Assembly (NCBI GenBank): GCA_016208805.1
Contig: JACQXL010000097.1
Span: 2,780 to 35,167, forward strand
DNA length: 32,388 nt
Origin: Planctomycetota bacterium
GTDB lineage: Bacteria; Planctomycetota; MHYJ01; JACQXL01
Direction: 5' to 3'
Shown: in pieces, positions 26,622-32,388 of the stretch
Layout of the letters: the number at the start of each line of letters is the position of its first letter
Numbering within the stretch: position 1 is the stretch's first letter
Program-made: the position numbers and the translations under genes
Notes under the pieces: generated by a model
What the model was told of the DNA's origin: nothing
Seen by the model: only the letters and a program-made list of their open reading frames with translations
Databases searched by the model: none

Positions 26622-28934
26622 TCATTTAATCCGCGCCTTCCATTCCTGGACCAATTCCGCCATCATCTGGTCGTCCGGCGCCAACTTAAGACACATCTCG
26701 CCGTCGGACACGGCGGCCTGGTAATCGCCCTTTTTCTTATAGGCGATGCCGCGGTTGTAGTATAAACGTCCGTCTTTCGGATTTAATTTAACGGCCTCGT
26801 TGAAATCGGCAATGGCATCATCCAACTTATTGGCGGACTGCAAATAAATATTACCCCGGCTGAAATATGCCTCAACCATCTTCGGGTTAATTTTGATTGC
26901 CTCGGTGTAATCGGCCAGGGCCGGTTCCAGGGCGAACTGGTCGTAATATATGTCGCCCCGGCTCAAATATGCCCTGCTATTCTGGGCATCAAGATTGATG
27001 GCTTCGGTGTAATCGGCGATGGCTTTATCGGGTTTGCCGGTTTCCTTATAAAGCATACCGCGGTTAAAATAGCCGTCAGCCAGTTTGGGGTTCAGTTTGA
27101 GCGCCTCGCTGTAATCCGCAATGGCGCGTTCCGGGTCGCCTTTATCTTTATAGGCCAGCCCGCGGGCATTATAGTAGGCCCCGCCCCGATGGGCATCGGG
27201 GGGGGTTAACCTGATGGCCTCGCCGTAATCCGCAATGGCCCAGCCGTAATCCTTTTTGGTGTGGTAAGTCAGCCCCCGGTTATAATAAGTTTCCGCATCC
27301 TGCGGGTTCAGCCGGATGGCCTCGTGATAGTCCCTGAGCGCCTGCTCCAGATCGCCCTTGTAATAATATATCTTGCCGCGGTTGGAATATACACCGTAAT
27401 GTTTGGGATTAAGTTTAAGCGCCTCGGTAAAGTCAGCCAGCGCTGAGTCCAAATCATTCCTGTCGCCATAAGCCCGGCCCCGGGCGTTATACGTATCGGC
27501 TATGCCCTCAAGCCGCGGGGCAAGCCGGATGGCCTCGGAATAATCCGCAATGGCCTTATCCACATCCTTCTGGGCATAATAGACCAGCCCCCGCGAGCCG
27601 TAGGCCGTCGCATCCTTGGGGTTTAACCGAATGGCCTCGTTGAAGTCTCGCAGCGCCTTATCAAAATCTTCTTTCTTGTAGTATGTAATGCCGCGGTTGG
27701 TATAGGCCTCGCTGAATTCAGGGTTCAACCGGAGCGCTTCGGTGTAATCCTCTATGGCCCGTTTCAGGTCGCCTTTGTTGTAATTGACAATCCCGCGGGC
27801 ATTATAGGGCTCGGCCAGTTTGGGATTCAGTTTGATGGCCTCGGAAAAATCTGCCAGTGCGCGCTCCAAATCGCCTTTTTTATGGTAGGCCAGCCCGCGG
27901 GCCGTGTAGGCCAGTTCCCGACACTTCGTGTCGGGATTCAAGTTAAGCGCCCGGCTAAAATCGGTAATGGCCTTGTCAAAATCGTTCTTCCCGGAATATG
28001 CAATGCCGCGGTTGCGGTATGCCTCGGTGAACGCCGGGTTCAACTTGAGCACCTCGGAATAATCCGCAATGGCCTGCTCAAGTTCGCCCCGGGCCGCATA
28101 AAGCATTGCCCGGTTATTGTATGCCTCCAGATATTTAGGATTAAGTTTGACGGCCTCGGTGTAATCCGGGAGCGCCTTGTCAACCGCGCCCTTTTTGTCG
28201 TAAGCCAGCCCGCGTTTATAGTAGGCCCGGGTGAGTTTATCTTTGCTTAACGACGGGATGGCCGCAGTATATGACTCTATCGCCTTATCCCAGTCACCTT
28301 TCTTGCTGTGCGCATCGCCGGTGTTGAACAATACATCCGCCTCGGACAGCGAACTGGACTTGATTACTTTCGGTTTGGGCCGCCACTTGGGGATTTTACC
28401 GCCTGATTTCTCCAGCAACAACTTGGCCTCTTTGTTAGCCGAATCCACATCCAGAATATAGCCGACTACATAACAGGCAAACTTGGGGTATTTCTTGCGG
28501 GCGCAGTCATTGGCCAGTGCCATCAAATCTGTAACGTGCTTGCCCTTTATCTTGGCCAGTTGCTTGGTATTAAGGTCCACCCGTTCCAGGGCCCGGCCGA
28601 CCTGTGTAAGCATCTCCTTTTCATCATTGGATAGTTTCAACCGCTTGCGCAGGATGGCCTGACAGCGCCGGTAGTAAATGACGGCCTGGTCGTTATCCTT
28701 TAACTTTTCCCAACACTCGCCTAACTTGAACAAGACATCGGCAAAATCCGGATAATAAGTTAGCGCCTTCTTAAACTTCTCAACCGCCTCCTGATAATTA
28801 TTCTGCTTGAGTTGTTTCAGCCCGCTCTGGTAATAAACGTCTGCTAATTCCCGGTCTTCAACGGCTCCCGAAAGCATTCGGGACTGGCTCGTTAATAACA
28901 GCAGAATTGCGACCAATAGAATCTTATTACCCAT
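26622..28934 (-). CDS. Secreted TPR-repeat protein (~18 TPRs)
   Basis: Signal peptide MGNKILLVAILLLL; about 16 consecutive 'AY..RG..Y...GD...AI.DY.EAI.LNP' units plus 2 N-terminal ones; AAGGGAG RBS before ATG 28934. Confidence 0.93.
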   Translation of the reverse strand: MGNKILLVAILLLLTSQSRMLSGAVEDRELADVYYQSGLKQLKQNNYQEAVEKFKKALTYYPDFADVLFKLGECWEKLKDNDQAVIYYRRCQAILRKRLKLSNDEKEMLTQVGRALERVDLNTKQLAKIKGKHVTDLMALANDCARKKYPKFACYVVGYILDVDSANKEAKLLLEKSGGKIPKWRPKPKVIKSSSLSEADVLFNTGDAHSKKGDWDKAIESYTAAIPSLSKDKLTRAYYKRGLAYDKKGAVDKALPDYTEAVKLNPKYLEAYNNRAMLYAARGELEQAIADYSEVLKLNPAFTEAYRNRGIAYSGKNDFDKAITDFSRALNLNPDTKCRELAYTARGLAYHKKGDLERALADFSEAIKLNPKLAEPYNARGIVNYNKGDLKRAIEDYTEALRLNPEFSEAYTNRGITYYKKEDFDKALRDFNEAIRLNPKDATAYGSRGLVYYAQKDVDKAIADYSEAIRLAPRLEGIADTYNARGRAYGDRNDLDSALADFTEALKLNPKHYGVYSNRGKIYYYKGDLEQALRDYHEAIRLNPQDAETYYNRGLTYHTKKDYGWAIADYGEAIRLTPPDAHRGGAYYNARGLAYKDKGDPERAIADYSEALKLNPKLADGYFNRGMLYKETGKPDKAIADYTEAINLDAQNSRAYLSRGDIYYDQFALEPALADYTEAIKINPKMVEAYFSRGNIYLQSANKLDDAIADFNEAVKLNPKDGRLYYNRGIAYKKKGDYQAAVSDGEMCLKLAPDDQMMAELVQEWKARIK

Positions 28935-29022
28935 TGTAACCGCCACTCCCTTAACCAATCAGTTGTGAATATTTATACAAACATATAATCATAACAAGTC
29001 AAGATTAATTATCAAGTATTAA

Positions 29023-29847
29023 TTACCAGACGAATCGGTAGCACATATACGCCTCGGCGACTTCAACCGAGATTTCCTTGCCCCGTAGACGCACCAGCGT
29101 TTCCAGCGTCTCCATACTGCAATGGTGCAGCCGGTCCTTCAGTTGCGATTTATGGAATGACAGGGCTTTCAGTTTGACATTAACATAATCCGAGATATCC
29201 ACATAGAAATTCGGATGAAACTTGTCATTATGGACATTCCAGAATAAAGTCGGGTTGTCGTAGGTCAGGACAATCGGCGGGAAATGTTTGATATGATGCA
29301 GATGCGGCCGGCAGGCCGTGAAGCCGGCGTTGAACACCGCGCAGTGGTCCTGGTTATAGGATATGGCCGGCAGCGCCACAATCGTCGGTTTGACCCGGTC
29401 AATCGCCACCTTGCTCTCGCGTTCAATTACGGCAATCAGGTCCCGTTGCGGTATCGCATCAAGCCGGAGATGTTTGGCCGGCTCGGTAAAAACAACATCA
29501 TAGCCGTCCACCTTGAGGAACTCTGCCGTTCTGGTGAACTCATCCTGTCGGGTCTTGCCCTTGACAATGGCATTCCTGCCGTCGTAATGTTTCAGGTCGC
29601 CCACCGACATAATCATTATGTATGCCTTGCCGCCCAGCGCCTTAATCTTGGCAATCGTGCCGGCGCAACCGAACGCCTCGTCATCCGCATGCGGCGAGAT
29701 TACCAGCATCGTCTGCTTGCTCAGGAACTCGTCACCGGCTGTCAAGACCGCAGTTAGTCCCGTCACACCATGTCCCACGCGATGCCGCATGGCTGTCGGG
29801 TATGACGTGGCGCTTATGCGGGGAATGTAAGGGTTCAATTTCTTCAT
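29023..29847 (-). CDS. PIG-L/LmbE family deacetylase
   Basis: SPHADDE, QDH and K.KALSFH.SQ motifs; GGGAGG RBS before ATG 29847. Confidence 0.9.
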   Translation of the reverse strand: MKKLNPYIPRISATSYPTAMRHRVGHGVTGLTAVLTAGDEFLSKQTMLVISPHADDEAFGCAGTIAKIKALGGKAYIMIMSVGDLKHYDGRNAIVKGKTRQDEFTRTAEFLKVDGYDVVFTEPAKHLRLDAIPQRDLIAVIERESKVAIDRVKPTIVALPAISYNQDHCAVFNAGFTACRPHLHHIKHFPPIVLTYDNPTLFWNVHNDKFHPNFYVDISDYVNVKLKALSFHKSQLKDRLHHCSMETLETLVRLRGKEISVEVAEAYMCYRFVW

Positions 29848-29865
29848 ATTATCCTCCCTGCCTTT

Positions 29866-29934
29866 ACCACGAAGGCACGAAATAACGGAAACACGAATAG
29901 CACGAATAAACGAATTGCACAAATAATATTCGTG
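29866..29934. repeat. Short intergenic (C)ACGAA(T) repeats
   Basis: ACCACGAAGGCACGAA...CACGAATAGCACGAATAAACGAAT...ATTCGTG. Confidence 0.6.
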
Positions 29935-29935
29935 T

Positions 29936-31189
29936 TCATCTGTTACTTTCGGCTTCCTCCTTGGTAATCTTCAGATACAAATCATTATACGGATAATAAT
30001 TATACCCGCCGGTTAAATCGGCCGGGTGCTTGGCCGGCGTGGTAAAACTGCTGGCCACCGGCTCAATCTGGGTATCCTCATACCACTCGTTCCAGGAGGT
30101 GATAATGGCCATATTGAGCGCCGGGTCAAGGAGTTTCTTGGCGGTTCTGAAATATAAGCGGTAGGTCGTGCCCTGGTTTTCCATATCCAGCGCCGCATCG
30201 CGCGGCAATATCGGGTGCTTGACATCCGGCCTGAAACCACGGTCGTTGAACCCGGGCATTATATTCGGGATAAACCCTACATTCATACCGCTGGCCGCGG
30301 TTTTGTACTCGTTGAATTTAGATTCAAGGTCAATGAAGAAATTGGTCAATATCGGCAGCCCGTCGTATTTATACGTGCCCTGCATATCGTGCGTGGTGAT
30401 GGCGTCAAACAGTCCGATGCGTTTGGGCTCCGGCGCGGTCCAGTAAACCTCGTCGCCCACCAGGAACAGGTTCAGCCCGGTGCGCTGGTTGATGATGGCC
30501 CGCACGCGGGTGAGCGCCGTATAATCGCCGCTGAACAGCCGCGAGAGCGCCATAATCACCACTGGCTTATCGTTGACCTTCAGATAATTAGGGTGCTTAA
30601 AATACTTATCCGCTAAATAACTGAAATCGTTCAAGAGCGTTTCGGCGCTTTCCCGGTTCAGCAATACCCGTTCGTCCTTGAGCGGCAGGATATAGATAGA
30701 TTGGTAAACGATACAGAATTTTAACGGTTGTCCCGACATTACGGCGGGATGTTCCCGATTGGGTCGGGACTCCGCTGTCGCTGCGCGCTGCGGCTCCACC
30801 AGCGCTGGGAGCAAGGAATCTCGCACCGTCACGTCCGTCCAGGAAGATGCCCCGAACCAGTTGACCGCAAAGAAATCTATGCCGCAATCCTTGGCCCATT
30901 CAATATGTTTCTTGACCAGCGCATTCTGGCGGCAACTGTATTCGCCCACCGGCGGCGTCTGGGGGATGGCCAGTTTCTTGCGCAGGTAGTTCTTCCAGCC
31001 CAGGATGGTCGCATCATCGCCGAACCAGGGATGATAATACGCGCCCAGGATTAATTCCGGCTTAGATTCCTCCGGTTTGCCCCGGCAGGAAAATAAAATC
31101 ACCGCAGAGACACAGAGGGCACAGAGAAGCGAATATGATTTACTCATACTTGATTTTATTATATCTAAAACTTCCTTTCTGTCTATCAA
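29936..31189 (-). CDS. GH99-like (GH71/99) glycoside hydrolase lipoprotein
   Basis: GAYYHPWF, GIDFFAVNW, PGFNDR and ITSWNEWYEDTQIEP (GH99-type WNEWxExxxIEP); lipobox-like LFSC. Confidence 0.8.
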   Translation of the reverse strand: MIDRKEVLDIIKSSMSKSYSLLCALCVSAVILFSCRGKPEESKPELILGAYYHPWFGDDATILGWKNYLRKKLAIPQTPPVGEYSCRQNALVKKHIEWAKDCGIDFFAVNWFGASSWTDVTVRDSLLPALVEPQRAATAESRPNREHPAVMSGQPLKFCIVYQSIYILPLKDERVLLNRESAETLLNDFSYLADKYFKHPNYLKVNDKPVVIMALSRLFSGDYTALTRVRAIINQRTGLNLFLVGDEVYWTAPEPKRIGLFDAITTHDMQGTYKYDGLPILTNFFIDLESKFNEYKTAASGMNVGFIPNIMPGFNDRGFRPDVKHPILPRDAALDMENQGTTYRLYFRTAKKLLDPALNMAIITSWNEWYEDTQIEPVASSFTTPAKHPADLTGGYNYYPYNDLYLKITKEEAESNR

Positions 31190-31202
31190 AATGTTATTAT
31201 TT

Positions 31203-31272
31203 CACCGCAGAGGCGTGGTACATCCTAAAGGAGAATCGGCTGTACCACCTTTAGGGCAGAGAACGCAGAGGA
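31203..31272. repeat. CACCGCAGAG...CAGAGAACGCAGAG repeat carrying copy B of the 42-nt element (31215-31256)
   Basis: The outer part resembles 31100-31126; the inner part matches 15506-15547. Confidence 0.75.
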
Positions 31273-31286
31273 ATCTGTGATAATCA

Positions 31287-32291
31287 GTGAAATCTGTGGT
31301 TGAATACGCATTAGGCATAGACATCGGCGGCACTAATATCTCGGCCGGGCTGATAGACCTCCAGGGTCGGATACACCTAAAGAAATCAATCCCGTCTTAT
31401 GCCCAAAAAGGCGGACCTGCCGTCCTGCGTAAGGCCAACCAATTAGCCCAAACTATATTGGCACGTTCCGATAATGTGCTCGGAGTCGGGGTTGGCGTGC
31501 CCGGCCAGATAGACCCGGGCCGCGGGATGCCCCTGTCGCCTACGCCCAATATCCCCAAATGGTCGCACCTGCCGGTAAAGTCCGTTATTGCCCGGTCAAC
31601 CGGGTTACCGGTCTTTATAGAGAACGATGCCAATGTCGCCGCCCTGGGCGAGATGTATTTCGGCGCGGGCAAGACCGCAGTCAGTCCCGCACTTATGCGG
31701 GATAAAGGCGTTAAAAATCTCGTCTGCCTGACCCTGGGCACGGGCATCGGCGGTGGGATTATCATTGACGGCAAAATCTATTCCGGCAGTTTCTATTATG
31801 CGGGCGAAATCGGGCATATCACCATCCTGCCTACGCCGAGGCTTCGGCAGACAAGTGACCCGAATGTCGTCAGATGCAAATGCGGCAACTACGGCTGTCT
31901 GGAGACCATTGCCTCGGCCAGCGGAGTGGTCAGACGTTTCCTCTCCGCCTGTCATTCCCGCGCAGGCGGGAATCCAGTTACCGCCAAGCAGATATTTGAT
32001 AATGCCAAAAAGGGTATCCAGCCCTATAAAGATATCGCACTTGAAACCGGCTTTTATTTAGGTATTGCCTGTGCCTCTATTATCAACATCCTTGACCTGG
32101 ATCTGGTGGTCATCGGCGGCAAGATGTCCGAGGCCGGGCCGATACTATTCAACCAAATCCGCAAGACATTCCGGAAGCGGATAATGCAATCCGCGGCCAA
32201 ACAACCTAATGTGGTGCCGGCCAAACTTGGGGGCGATGCCGGGCTAATCGGCGCCGGCGTATTGGTCTTCCAGAAACTGGGGTACCTCTAA
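31287..32291 (+). CDS. ROK family sugar kinase (glucokinase-like)
   Basis: GIDIGGT, ENDANVAALGE, TLGTGIGGG, GEIGH and CKCGNYGCLE motifs. Confidence 0.93.
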   Translation: MKSVVEYALGIDIGGTNISAGLIDLQGRIHLKKSIPSYAQKGGPAVLRKANQLAQTILARSDNVLGVGVGVPGQIDPGRGMPLSPTPNIPKWSHLPVKSVIARSTGLPVFIENDANVAALGEMYFGAGKTAVSPALMRDKGVKNLVCLTLGTGIGGGIIIDGKIYSGSFYYAGEIGHITILPTPRLRQTSDPNVVRCKCGNYGCLETIASASGVVRRFLSACHSRAGGNPVTAKQIFDNAKKGIQPYKDIALETGFYLGIACASIINILDLDLVVIGGKMSEAGPILFNQIRKTFRKRIMQSAAKQPNVVPAKLGGDAGLIGAGVLVFQKLGYL

Positions 32292-32375
32292 CCACAAAGA
32301 CACTAAGAGCTTATCCTAAAACCCCTTCTGAGCCGATAAAAGATATGGCAATAATGCCATATAGGAGGAACTCAG

Positions 32376-32388
32376 ATGGGGAAAATAT
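32376..32388 (+). CDS. Probable start of a gene running out of the window
   Basis: AGGAGG at 32363-32368 followed by ATG at 32376. Confidence 0.5.

Noticed and set aside
1-32388. tRNA, rRNA or known riboswitches
   Set aside because: None were recognised by eye; a covariance-model scan was not run.

Overview
Bacterial chromosomal window; the host lineage cannot be established from the sequence alone. Gene content, left to right: (1) an AT-rich surface-polysaccharide locus on the minus strand (1-7904): Wzx flippase, two GT4 paralogs, a radical SAM/SPASM enzyme, two methyltransferases and a broken AsnB-type amidotransferase; (2) a GGDEF protein; (3) a HEAT/TPR-aroC-msbA-like operon; (4) a cupin PGI and a DegT aminotransferase; (5) a 10xFN3 surface protein, a C14 caspase-like lipoprotein and a TPR protein; (6) a PIG-L deacetylase, a GH99-like lipoprotein and a ROK kinase. 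Two things stand out. (A) A module occurs twice (15087-16126 and 17459-18492): a 14-15-unit tandem array with an exact 22-bp period, a ~32-nt G-rich box that is flipped between the copies, a homologous ~220-nt leader, and a stand-alone IS630-type helix-turn-helix gene with no DDE domain. The two copies have different repeat sequences and different putative recognition helices, which suggests cognate array/DNA-binding-protein pairs (inference). (B) There is a very heavy load of small palindromic elements from several families. Many sit in frame inside coding genes, some are nested in each other, and two families show compensatory base changes between copies, one with pseudoknot-like interleaved stems. 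All alignments and counts were done by eye; no database searches were run.
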